A stretch of 63,215 nt of DNA, counting the filler, from Chiloscyllium plagiosum (Eukaryota): assembly GCF_004010195.1 (NCBI RefSeq). It is 5 parts of one record of this genome, joined end to end, with 100 filler letters (N's around TTAATTAATTAA, not from the genome) between each part and the next. Parts side by side here need not be neighbours in the genome. Positions count along the whole stretch, not along the records: positions 1 to 21,993 come from NC_057716.1; positions 22,094 to 42,444 come from NC_057716.1; 3 more parts are not named here. One strand, 5' to 3'. A program made the position numbers and the translations under genes. The stretch's first letter is position 1, and every line of letters starts with the position of its first letter. Below are positions 11,952 through 22,884 of the stretch, piece after piece. The notes under the pieces are model-generated. The model made no database searches. It saw only the letters and a list, made by a program, of their open reading frames with translations, and was not told where the DNA came from.

Positions 11952-13539
11952 CTAACAGTACAAGGTGTCAACATAGAGGTGTGACAGTACATAAAGAATT
12001 GAAGAGATTAACTTAATGAGAAGGAGAAGGCAGCAACAGGGACAGAGTATGTGTGAAAAACCCATAACCTGAGATATTTCAGACTGATTTCTGTATTGAC
12101 AACCAATAAAAGTTAAAACAATGTTCGTCATTTTTGGCTCAACATAGTGGACAAGAGGGCCTGTTCCTGTGCTGTACCATTCTACGTTTGATGTTCTAAT
12201 CATGCACCGGTGTTCTGGCTCATCTTGTGTAATTAGAATGAACAATACATTCATTTCCAAACATTACCATTTTTCCCTTCTGTGTTATATGGGGAAATGT
12301 GTAGTAGAGGGTCATACATGGCTATCCTGGATTCAATGAGCAGGAGGAGATGGGTCTCCCTCAGTGTTCTATCATTGAGGAATGTGGAGAGCTTGGCTGG
12401 AACAAACATAAATAGGTGAAATAAGGGCCTGACCCCTTATTTGTGATCCTGATCCTGATACTTGCTTTCAGATGAATTCTCTCCACAAATTTCCTGGACA
12501 GGAATCTTCTCTTCCAAAACAATGTAGGTGAATCTAGGAATCTGTGCACACAGAAGTGGAGGGAATCGGCATGGAAATCATACTGCCTTCCTCAGCAGTG
12601 AGTGCATCATTCTGTGATTTAAAAGTGCTGCAGCCCCTTTGAATGCTATTGAGAGAAGGAAAGAATTGGGTTAGAGAGTTACGTGGGTGGGGTGAGTCGG
12701 AAGGGATGTTGGGTCCTAGGTGGGTGAGGGAGGAGGGCAGCCAGTGGGTGTTGGGGAGAGGGGTGTAAGGTGTCAGGGGGATGAGGGGTAACGTATAGGT
12801 GAGGGGTAGGGAGTCAGGTAAGTGGATGAGTGCTCAGGCTAGAGCCAGGAATTGGTGTGGCTGTGGGATCTAGTCGAATCCAGTCAGATGGGGGATTTTG
12901 GATTGCAGTGGGGTGCTGTTGTGTCTGATTGGATCGGGGATGGGATGTTGAATTATGTTGTGTCTGGGTAAAGGGGTTGTAGTAGATCAGACAGAGTAGG
13001 GTCGTGAGTAAGTATGTTGTGGGAGTTAGCTTTGTGAGAGTGGGCTGTCAGATTAAGGGCAGTGATACCATGATTCAGTGTAATAATTACACAGGAGGGA
13101 GAGCAGGCTTTAATCCTCTCACAATTCCTAATATTAAGCTTGAGAGAGTTGGAACCATCTGAAATCTCTGACTCTAATTTCGATTGAGTGACTTTTCATT
13201 AACATTGTAGGAATTTCTGTGTGGTCCTATTGTGGATGTCTGACCACTTCCCTGTTGATATTTCTGACCAATAACATTCTACAAATTACATTGAAACCAC
13301 AGATTTTCATATTAACTAACAAATTATGTGTTGATCTACAATACATGGAGTTTTAAGTGAAAAATTCCTATGTTGCCATTTCACTGTGTTGTTTTTGTTG
13401 GCTTCTGGGCTTATATTAATTTTCAAATGGTAACATGAACCACAAAGGAGTAGTGTGGGAAGAACTGAACTAAATGTCTCTCACAGAGACTTGACGGGAT
13501 GTATGAACTTTTTCCCCCTTTGTTGGAACTATATGACTC

Positions 13540-16225
13540 TGTAAGGGCTGAGTTTTCTTACAGAAGATCCAGCAGAGGTGGTGGCACAGTGGTATATACT
13601 TGGGAGGGAGTTGCCCTCAGAGTCACCAATATTGGCTCTGAACCTCCCCAATGATACTCATGGCATCAGGTCAACTTTGAGTGCAGAAATCTTCTGCTGA
13701 TTACCCCACACTGACGTGCCTCCCTCGGCTGGGGAATCCATCATCCCTCATGTGGAATACCACTTGCAGGAAATATTAAGGTTGGGAAGGATGCACAATG
13801 TACACTCAGTCAGAGACTACATCATTCAGCAGCAGGGTTGCCTTGACAGCACCAATATAGACCGAGCTGCTTGAGTCTGAAAGAACTTTGCTATCGGAAT
13901 GGGTCAAATAGGAGGTGGGAAAGGAGCCAACCAGAGGAAATGTGCTTGGTGTGATCTTTACCAATCTGCCTACTGTGGATGCATTTTCCCATAACCAGTA
14001 TCAGTAAGAGTAGTTCTTATGGATACAAAGTCCTGTCTTCACATTGAGAATGCTGACCCTCATTTTGTGTTGGCACAATCACTGTGGTAAATGGTGTGGT
14101 CTTCGAACAGATCTGGCAACTCACGATCTGGACATCAACAGCAGTAGAATTGTACTCCAATGCTATCTGCAACCTCATGGCTTTTCATGTCCCCCACTCT
14201 ACTACCACTACCTTCACACTAGTGGATCAAGCTTAGTTCAATGAAGAGTGGAGGAGGCAAAGCCAGGAGCACCACTAGGTGTATCTGAAATGAGGGTCAG
14301 CCTGGTGAAGTTACAACACAGAGCCACGTATGTGCTCAGCAGCATAAGCAGCAAGTGATAGACAGAACTAAGGACCTCCACAATCAATGGATCTGAGATT
14401 TGAGCTCTGCAGACCTGTCACACCCAGATCTGAGTTGTACTGGATAACAAAACACTCACTGGAGGAGGAAGCTCCATAAGTGTCATCATTTTAAACACAG
14501 GGGAGCCAAGCACATCAATGCAAAAGATAAAGCTGAAGCAGTTGCAAAGATCTTTGGTTAAAAGTACCAAGTGGGTGATCCAGCTCAGTCTCCTTCAGAA
14601 CTTCCCAGGATCACTGACACCAACCTTCAGCCACTTCTGTGTACTCCCCATGGTATCAAGAAAAAACTGGAGGCGCTTCAAATGCAATGAGCCCTGACAA
14701 CATTCCAGCAATAGTACTGATGACGTGTAATTTAGAATTTGCTGCAGCCCTAGCCAAGTTGTTTCAGTAAGCTATATCACTGGCATCAACCCGACAATGA
14801 GGAAAATTGCTCCGCTGTGTCCTTGTACACAAAACACAGGGCAAATCTAACCCTGGCAATCACCATCTGTCTACTCGTGATATTAAGTAAAGTGTTGGAA
14901 CATGTCATCAATAATATAATCAAGCAGCTCTTGCTTCGCAACAACATACTCATTGGTGCACAATTTGTGTACCACCAGGGCCACTCAGCTCCTGATCACA
15001 TTACAGCCTTGGTTCAAACATGAACAAAAGAGCTGAATTCATGAAGAGCTGATGAGGTGAGGTGAGAGTATCTGACCCTAACGTCAAGGCTGCATTTGAC
15101 TGAGTGTGGCATTAAAGAGCCCTAGTAAAACCAGAGTCAATGGGAATCAGGGTGAGAACTGTCTCCTGTTTGGTGCTATATTCATCAAAAAGGAAGATGA
15201 CTGTGGCTGTTGGTCAGTCATTTTAGTTCCAGGATATCTCTAAAGGAGATGTTGAGTCCTCAGTCCAACCATTTTCATCAATGACCTTCCAGCCATGAAA
15301 AGGTCAGCAATGGGATGTTTGCTGATGATTGCTCGTTGTTCAGTACCATTCACAACTCTTCAGACACTGAAACATTCCATGTCCAAATACAGCAAAACAT
15401 GTTTAATATTCAGGATTCAACCAATGAGTAGCAAGTAGCAATCAAGCCAGAAAAGTGCCAGGAAATGACCATCTCCAACAAGAAAGAACCTAACCATCAC
15501 CCCCTTGACTTTCAATGGTATTCTTATCACTGATCCCTCTCCTATCAACTCTCTGGGGCTTGTCATTGATCAGAAACTGAACTGGGCTAGCTGTATAAAT
15601 AACATGGCTATGAGAACAGGTCAGATACTGAGAATCATGCAACAAGTATCTCATCGTCTGATTCCATTAAAAAAATCTGTCCATCATTTACAAGGCATAT
15701 GATGGGAATGTGACAAAATGCTCCTTACTTTCCTGGATGAGTGCAGCTCTGACAATACACAAGATGATGACACCGTTCAAATCAAAGCCATCTACTTGCC
15801 TTACACCACATTCACACTCTCCCCACCAATGCTCAGTAGCAGTGGTGTGCACCATCTATATGTACGACAGAAATTCACCATTGCTCCTTAGAAAGCATCT
15901 CTCAAGGAAATGACCATGACCACTACCACCCAAAACGACAAGTGTAGCAGAGACATGGAAACACAGGCCATTGTAAGTTTTCCTCCCAGCCACTCACAAT
16001 CCAATCTTGGAAATGTATCACTGCTCCTTCAGTGTGGCTTGGTCAAAATTCTTGAGTTCCCTTTCAAATGGCATGATGGGATGATGTGTCTGCCTATAAC
16101 ACATGGACTGTAGCAGTTCAACCAGGCAGCTTGTCACCATCTTCTCAAGGGCATCTTGAGCTGGGCAATAAATGCAGGCCTCTTTATCCAGTCATGTCCA
16201 AATCTTATGTATGATTAAAAAAAAT
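13540..16225 (+). mobile_element. Decayed ORF2 of a second CR1-clade LINE family (endonuclease, RT, 3' tail)
   Basis: Contains SKVLEHVINN...QFVYHQGHSAPDHITALVQT, a degenerate KAAFD-VWH segment at about 15085-15111, FADD at about 15318-15329, LGLVIDQKLNW, and an A-rich end at about 16217-16225. Confidence 0.8.
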
Positions 16226-17169
16226 ATAAATGACAGACTTGACATCACATCGGTAAATAGAGAGGATGCTCATGAGCTACAAAGTTTATCACAGTTGAAT
16301 TATCCAGGGATTTTCTGTTTGGTGAATATACAGGTGGAATAGCATGGAGGAGAGCTCCACTCCCACTTACAAGATATTTTTGTCTCATTGTTACTTCAAT
16401 AAGTTTACAGACGGTATCTCTTTGGCGTTTCTCTCGCTAATTTAAGAAATCTCTGCTGTTACATTTAAACGCAGGTCACAAATATGGCTCGCTCGGTCAC
16501 GTGACTCATTATGAGTCCAAGGTTGGGCTGAGATGGGGCTTTTCATTTTTTGTGAGGTTTGAGACAGCACGGACATTTGCTTGTTTTCCCCCTTAACAAA
16601 AAGGCAATTATTGCTCATAATCTATTGAGGTACTTGCATTAGTTTCAGGACTTGTCTGGAACTGATTTGTCTCCTGTTTTAAAATATTTCACTATTTTAA
16701 AAACACAGCTTTAAAAGTTGCTTTGCCTTCATACCAGTACTGTCTGTGACTATGGATCAATTTTCAGTTTAAATCTGCATTGGTGCAAATACAGCTTATG
16801 TACTTCCTGCAGTCCCTATATTAATGATATAATTTACAAACATGAAGATATCACCTACACATAAAATGTTGGCTCTCCATCAATAGTCTTTCCCTTTCCC
16901 CTTTATAAAAGACAGCAAGTATTGGAAGTCATGGTCAGATTTAGGGTAAATGTGCGAATTAAGAGTCATTGAGAATAGAACTGGCAGCTCTGAAGGATCA
17001 ATGCAGGGCTTCAGGTACAGGAAAGGTTTCAGATAATTGGCCATTGGGACCAAGTATGTGGCAGGAGATGCTGAAACAAAAAGATGGCTTCCAGCTCAAC
17101 ACAATGGGAACATTTCCTTTTGGGAGGTTCACTGGTGTGGTTATAGAGGATTCAATTAAAATTGGCACA

Positions 17170-18710
17170 TTCTGGCAATAGCATATAGAAATAAAAAAGA
17201 GGAATATGGTGAATAGTGAGTGTTGGACAATACAAGAGAGAGTGTAGATAATAACAGGTGAGGAACAGCAATCAAGGATGTAGAGATATTATTGCAAAAC
17301 ATGAGTGTGGTGGACAAGGTTGGTGAACTAAAAGTATAATAGTCATGTCAGAGTATGTTATAGATAGACATGGATTAAAAACAGTTCAGAATTGGAAGCT
17401 AGCATTTAGACAAAAATTCAGGGCAGATGGAGAAGGAATAAAGGTCCTGGAGCTCTAGTGTTGGAAAAAAGGGGCTGGCCTTGACAGAGCAAAGGCAAGA
17501 TCCATTCAGTATGAGATGTGAAGCAAGAAGCAAGAAGCAAAGGATCAAAATCATGGGGAGATCACAGCTATAGAATGGTACTAATTACCCTATCATCAAT
17601 AGGTATTATGTCAGAGTAAAATGTATAGAGAGGAAGGAATTTCTAAAATGTATTTATGAACACTTCCTTGATCAGTATGTTCACATCCAACTACAAAAAT
17701 AGTTTCTTGACAGGCAATTGAATCAAATGTTATCAAGTATTGAATAAAATGTGAGAATCAAAACACAAGCAGATTAGATCTGATCTTATTGAATGGCCGA
17801 GCAGATTTGAGGGGCAAATGACATATCCATTCCCTGTGTCCTAAGGAAGAGTCACTGGACCTGAGAAGTTAATTCTGATTTCTCCCCATAGATGCTGCCA
17901 GATCAGCTGAATGTTTCAAGCAATTTCAGTTTTGATAACTCTGCCCTATTTCTTCTGAACATAAAGCATTGCTACATTTGGTGATTGGGAATGAGGTTGG
18001 GTGAGTTGACCAAATATTTGTGGCAGAACACTCAGATAAGAGTGATTGTTGTATCATAAGGCTGGGCAAGCAAGAAGGAAGATCAAGGAGCAATGTAAAA
18101 TAGAATTTCTAAACTTGGAAAGGGCCAATCGTAATGTGATAAGAGAGGATCTATCCAGTGTCCAACAGTGAAAGCAGGAACAGATCAATGGGTGATCTTC
18201 AAGGAGGAGATGCTTTCAGAATGGGCTGGGCACAAAGTAAGAAGAGCAAAAGGTAGAGTTATGAAAGACAAGTTATTTTGGATGACAAGCAAGGTGGAGA
18301 GTATGATCAGACGCAAATGAAGTGTACTTGAGGTATATTCGGTGAATTCTTTAAGTAAGAACTAGGCAAAATCAGTAAATTGAGACAGGAAATGAAGAGG
18401 AATAAAGGACCAGCAAACACAGAATATGAAAACAGAACTGCAGTTAATAAAAGGGAACATAAATGTCTTCTCATTAAATGTACCTAATAACTCAGTATTC
18501 AGAGGAGAGGTGAGGCCTATTATAGACAAAGAAATTATATATGCTGAGATAGCAGGATCAGTCCAAAATACTTACGGGTATTTTATGCTGGCAATAACTA
18601 AGGAAGAGAAGGTTGCCATAGTATCAGTTGTAGTGAAAATGATTAAGTTAATAGAAGGGATGCTAATTGAGAGGTTGGATGTGCTCGAATGGCTGGCTAC
18701 CTATTGAGGC
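17170..18710 (+). mobile_element. Ancient CR1 endonuclease-region fragments with nested small repeats
   Basis: Degenerate E(H/N)FLDQYV-PT, LVIGNEVG and KANRNVIR segments; a CR1 tail fragment at about 17770-17840. Confidence 0.5.
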
Positions 18711-18857
18711 ATCCAGTAACTTCAAAGTGACCAATAAGTTTCATGTTCATGAGTTACTTGTTTAATTTGATAATTTATCACTTCTTTACTTTATTGAAGT
18801 TCATCATAAATAATTTCTAAAGTTACCAAGTTATGTAGAACTCAAATTGTTTTGATT

Positions 18858-19442
18858 TGGAGATGCCGGTGTTGGACTGGGATGTACAAAGTTAAAAATT
18901 GCACAACACCAGCTTATAGTCCAACAGGTTTATATGGAAGCACTAGCTTTCAGAGTGCTGCTCCTTCATCAGGTGATTGTGGAGTATAAGATCGTAAAAC
19001 ACAAAATTTATAGCAAAAGTTCACAGTGTGATGTAACTGAAATTATATATTGAAAAAGACATAGATTGTTTGTTAAGTCTCTCATCTTTCAGAATGACCA
19101 TGTTGGTTTCAGTGCTTCCATATGTAAATCCCAAAACTTTTTTGAAGTTACATTTTTGGATAATGAATTGAAGGTGTGAGATGTCCTGTTTGAGGCTCAT
19201 TTACAAATGAATGAACTGAAAGCAAAATGGTCATTCTAAAAGATAAGGGACTAAGTAAACAACCCAGGTCTTTTTCGATATATAATTTCAGTTCCATCAC
19301 ACTGTAAACTTTATCTATAAATTCTGTGTCTTTCGATCATATCCTGCACAACCACATGATGAAGGAGCAGCACTCTGAAAGTGAGTGCTTCCAAATAAAT
19401 GTGTTGGACTACATCCAGGTGTACTGTGATTTTTAACTTTAG
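18858..19442. mobile_element. Palindromic Penelope-like element (second pLTR family) with hammerhead cores in both arms
   Basis: About 18890-19110 is inverted at about 19215-19440. The left arm (minus strand) reads CTGATGAAGGAGCAGCACTCTGAAAGCTAG; the right arm is mutated (catgatgaagg...). Perfect 12-bp TSD attgttttgatt at 18846-18857 and 19443-19454. Confidence 0.8.
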
Positions 19443-19550
19443 ATTGTTTTGATTATGTAACTGGAAATTGACACACATTACTGCTTATTAAAAATTGCGA
19501 CACCCAGTGACGCTTTTGAACACATAGTTAGCAAGTGGGAAGAATTTGAA

Positions 19551-19639
19551 GGAAACGAAATGAGTGAAGGTGTGCATTACTTGTGGTCAGATTACATCAC
19601 TGATGCAGAATGTGAGTTGTTTTTCCTGAGGTATATAAA
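19551..19639 (+). promoter_or_regulatory. Proximal promoter of SPP2-like gene B
   Basis: TATATAAA at 19632-19639, 78 nt upstream of the ATG. GGAAACGAAA (Ets-IRF composite pattern) at 19551-19560, TGTGGT (RUNX) at 19582-19587, ATTACATCA (C/EBP-ATF-like) at 19591-19599. Confidence 0.55.
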
Positions 19640-19716
19640 TGTTGAATAGAAACAGGCAGCAGGCAAAGACAGAAGAACAGAACTGAAGTGTCTATCAACA
19701 TATCCAAACAGACAAA

Positions 19717-19768
19717 ATGAAAATCATTTTTATCATATTTGCTGTAGCCCAGATCCTCTACTATTCTG
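19717..19768 (+). CDS. spp2: SPP2/cathelicidin-like gene B exon 1 (signal peptide)
   Basis: aaaATG then MKIIFIIFAVAQILYYS(D), a hydrophobic signal peptide; ends in phase 1 at TCTG|gcaagt (GC donor with otherwise strong consensus). Confidence 0.7.
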
Positions 19769-19890
19769 GCAAGTATTGAAATATATTAAGGAATGATTTT
19801 ACTGTGTAAATTGTTGTTGTAAGCATTGGATGTTAAACCAAAAGACAAACAATCACAAATATATTCATCTTTAACTCCCTTTGCTTTTAG

Positions 19891-20021
19891 ATTCTGGGAT
19901 TCCATGTGATCAGTCGACCAATTCACAGACACCTGAGGCAGTAAATGCTACAATTACACAAGTGAATCAGATGTTTGCAATGAATAATCTCTTCCGTATT
20001 GTGAGCTGCCAAGTACTAAAT
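19891..20021 (+). CDS. spp2: SPP2/cathelicidin-like gene B exon 2 (cystatin N-terminal helix and first strand)
   Basis: Acceptor ccctttgcttttag|, donor AAT|gtaagt. Open in frame with exon 1 (52+131=183 nt): DSGIPCDQSTNSQTPEAVNATITQVNQMFAMNNLFRIVSCQVLN, resembling SPP2 LRDALSASVVKVNSQSLSPYLFRAFRSSLKR. Phase 1/0 structure. Confidence 0.75.
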
Positions 20022-20559
20022 GTAAGTGTCACCAAATCCAATTGATTCCCTTTAGTTTTTTCCTTGTAATGAACATTAACTTTACACATTTTATGGAACG
20101 TGCTATGAATTTAGAGTGAGAAATTTGGTCATAGTCAAGAGATAGACAATAAATTACAACATTTTAGGTTGGAATTGTTTGGATTAGATCTACATCTTAT
20201 TAAAAGAAAATGTATGATTGTATTTCTTTTTGTCCAAATCTATTATTTCCTCTTGACATCACCTCTTTATTAATTGCTTCGATGTGAACCAGTAATCTTG
20301 AAATTCCTTTGTGAACATCAAAATGGGATTTCCCTGCGCAAAGATTTGCTTACCTGTGATGAGATTGCAATTTCATTCTAGAGGTGACAATAGGAGGCTG
20401 TAGCCATTAGATACTGTTGAAAAGCAAATATGCAGTTGGTTCAAGTCCATCCCTCTCTGTCGTCATAGCAAAAGCAAAATGCTGCATGAAATTTGAATAA
20501 AATCTGAATAAAGTATCGCACATGAAAGGAAGCCCTGAATACTGCAATTGGATGGAATC

Positions 20560-21890
20560 CGAATCATCCTGAGATCTGTGGCCTGGAAAGTCAAAAAACT
20601 AGGACTGTAGATAGGGTTTTAAAATAATTAGAGGGCTGCGGGGTTTTGGAGAGGGGTAGTGTAGGCATATGAAGCAAGTGGATGTGACAGCATTAACAGG
20701 GCAGCTATTTGGGTAAAGATACCCAAGTAGACAGGGAGAGAAAGAAGATACAAAAATAGAAAACCAGCAGTAGAACAGCCATACAAAGGATCAAAAGGGG
20801 AAAGATTGGTAAAAAGACAAAATTAATGGCTCTTTTCTTGAATGCTCATACTCAAAGCAAAAGACATGAATTATCGGCACAAATATAAGTTAATGGGTGT
20901 GATCTTATAGACATTACAGAGACATGAGTACAAAGTAGCTGGTAACTGAGTATTCAACAAAGGTCAGCAGAAGTGAGGACTGCAGATGCTGGAGATTAGA
21001 ATCAAGATTAGAGTGGTGCTGGAAAAGCACAGCAAGTCAGGCAGCATCTGAGGAGCAGAAAAATCGACGTTTTAGGCAAAAGCCCATCATCAGGACCTGA
21101 TGAAGGACTTTTGCTCAAAACAATAATTCTCCTGCTCCTCGGATGCTGCCTGACATGCTGTGCTTTTCCAGCATCACTCTAATCTTGATTCCACAAGGGA
21201 ATACATTAATCATGGGTGACTTTAATATTCATGAAATCAGACTGACAGAGAATTCATGGATTGTACTTGGGATGATTTCCTGGAACATTATGTTCTGGAT
21301 TCAACCAGGGAACAGGCTCCTTGGGATGTGGTGATGTTCAATGAGGCAGATTTAATAAAAGATATCAAAGTTAACGATATCCTCGGAAACAGTGTACATA
21401 GCATGATAGAATTTAACAATCAGTTTGAGAGGGAGGAACTTTCTTTAGAGTCAACTGTGCTAGGCTTTAATAAAGGTAATTACAAAGGAATGAGCACAGA
21501 GCTGGCTGGAGTAGACCAAGAAAGGAATTTATAAGCAAGGCCAGTCAAGGAAAAACACCGACATTGAAGAAAATAATTCATGGCTCACAGCAAAAGTATA
21601 TCACAGCTCATGAAGAAGAAGGCGATGAACTAGAATATAACCAGGGAGCATCAAATTGATGAGAAAACATACAATGTTGCAAGGATTAGTGGTAAGCCAA
21701 ATGATTGGGAAAGTTTTAAAATCTGACAAAAGATGATCAAAAAATTATAAAGAGAGAGAATGTAAATTTTTAGTCTCAACTTGCAAATAATATGAAAACA
21801 GACAGCAACAGCATCTTTAAATATATAAAAAGAAGGACAGAAACCAAAATGAACATAAGCCCCTGAGAGAACAAGACTGGAAATAATAAT
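20560..21890 (+). mobile_element. Decayed CR1 (ORF1 end and endonuclease region) in intron 2 of gene B
   Basis: LIMGDFNIH, FLEHYVLDSTREQA, LGNSVHSMIEF and FNKGNYKGM motifs. Confidence 0.75.
20968..21190. mobile_element. Miniature palindromic Penelope pLTR-derived element nested in CR1
   Basis: Inverted arms meet at CATCAGG-A-CCTGATG (about 21088-21102), i.e. two back-to-back degenerate hammerhead cores. Confidence 0.8.
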
Positions 21891-21893
21891 GAG

Positions 21894-21993
21894 TTGGAGA
21901 TGCTGGTGTTGGACTGGGGTGTACAAAGTTAAAAATCACACAACACCAGGTTGTAGTCCAACAGGTTTAATTGGAAGCACACTAGCTTTCGGA
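21894..21993. mobile_element. Left arm of another copy of the 18858-19442 element, cut off by the gap
   Basis: ttggagatgctggtgttggactggggtgtacaaagttaaaaatcacacaacaccagg... is nearly identical to about 18857-18955. Confidence 0.8.
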
Positions 21994-22093
21994 NNNNNNN
22001 NNNNNNNNNNNNNNNNNNNNNNNNNNNNNNNNNNNNNTTAATTAATTAANNNNNNNNNNNNNNNNNNNNNNNNNNNNNNNNNNNNNNNNNNNN
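21994..22093. other. Artificial scaffold join (N run, TTAATTAATTAA, N run)
   Basis: Six-frame stop linker at 22038-22049 between N runs; the same linker occurs at 42489-42500, 55919-55930 and 61568-61579. Confidence 0.95.
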
Positions 22094-22690
22094 CATCCGA
22101 CGCTATGTCATTCAGTGCCATAGATTTAATTTTGTTCTTAACTAACAAGGCAACCCCGCCCCCTCTGCCCACCTCCCTGTCTTTTCGATAAGTTGAAAAT
22201 CCTTGGATGTTTGACTACCAGTCCTGACCCCCCTGTATCCAAGTCTCTGTGATGCCTACCACATCATAATCATTCACGATGATCTGTGCCATTAGTTCAT
22301 CTGCTTTGTTACGAATGCTACGAGCATTTAGGTAAAGCGCCTTAATGCTAACTTTCTTATCATTAGAGATATTGGAAGTCAGAAGATGTCCTAAGTTATC
22401 CTTCCTTTTTGCTGCATTCCCAGTCTGCCTCACGTTTAAATCCGCCTGCACATATGCTATCCTACTGCTTATCTTTCCATTTAACTCCATATTCCCTGTT
22501 GCTTTCACTTTCCCTTCCCCCCAACTCAGAAGTTTCAAGTCCTACTGACCACCCTATTTATCCACTTCGCTAGAACATTGGTACCTGATCGGTTCAGGTG
22601 GAGACCGTCCCAACGATACAGATCCCCCCGGTTCCAAAACTGATGCCAATGCCCCATGAAGTGGAATCCCTCTTTCCCACACCGATCCCT
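22094..22690 (-). mobile_element. Young CR1 fragment (ORF1 end, ORF2 endonuclease start)
   Basis: ORF 22215..22538 ends KALYLNARSIRNKADEL...YDVVGITETWIQGGQDW. Confidence 0.85.
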
Positions 22691-22884
22691 TAATTGGGGT
22701 TAATGGGGTTAATACAAACAAAATTTTAAGCTGGATCATAGATTGAGATGGCTGTTAGGAAGATGCTGAGTATAAAAACAAGGAAGGTGTGTTAAATCAT
22801 AATTCATGAAGTTGTGTTCAATTTTGGACATCATACTTAAAGAATACCATCGTGGCTTTGGAAAATATGATGAAAATTTCTGTT

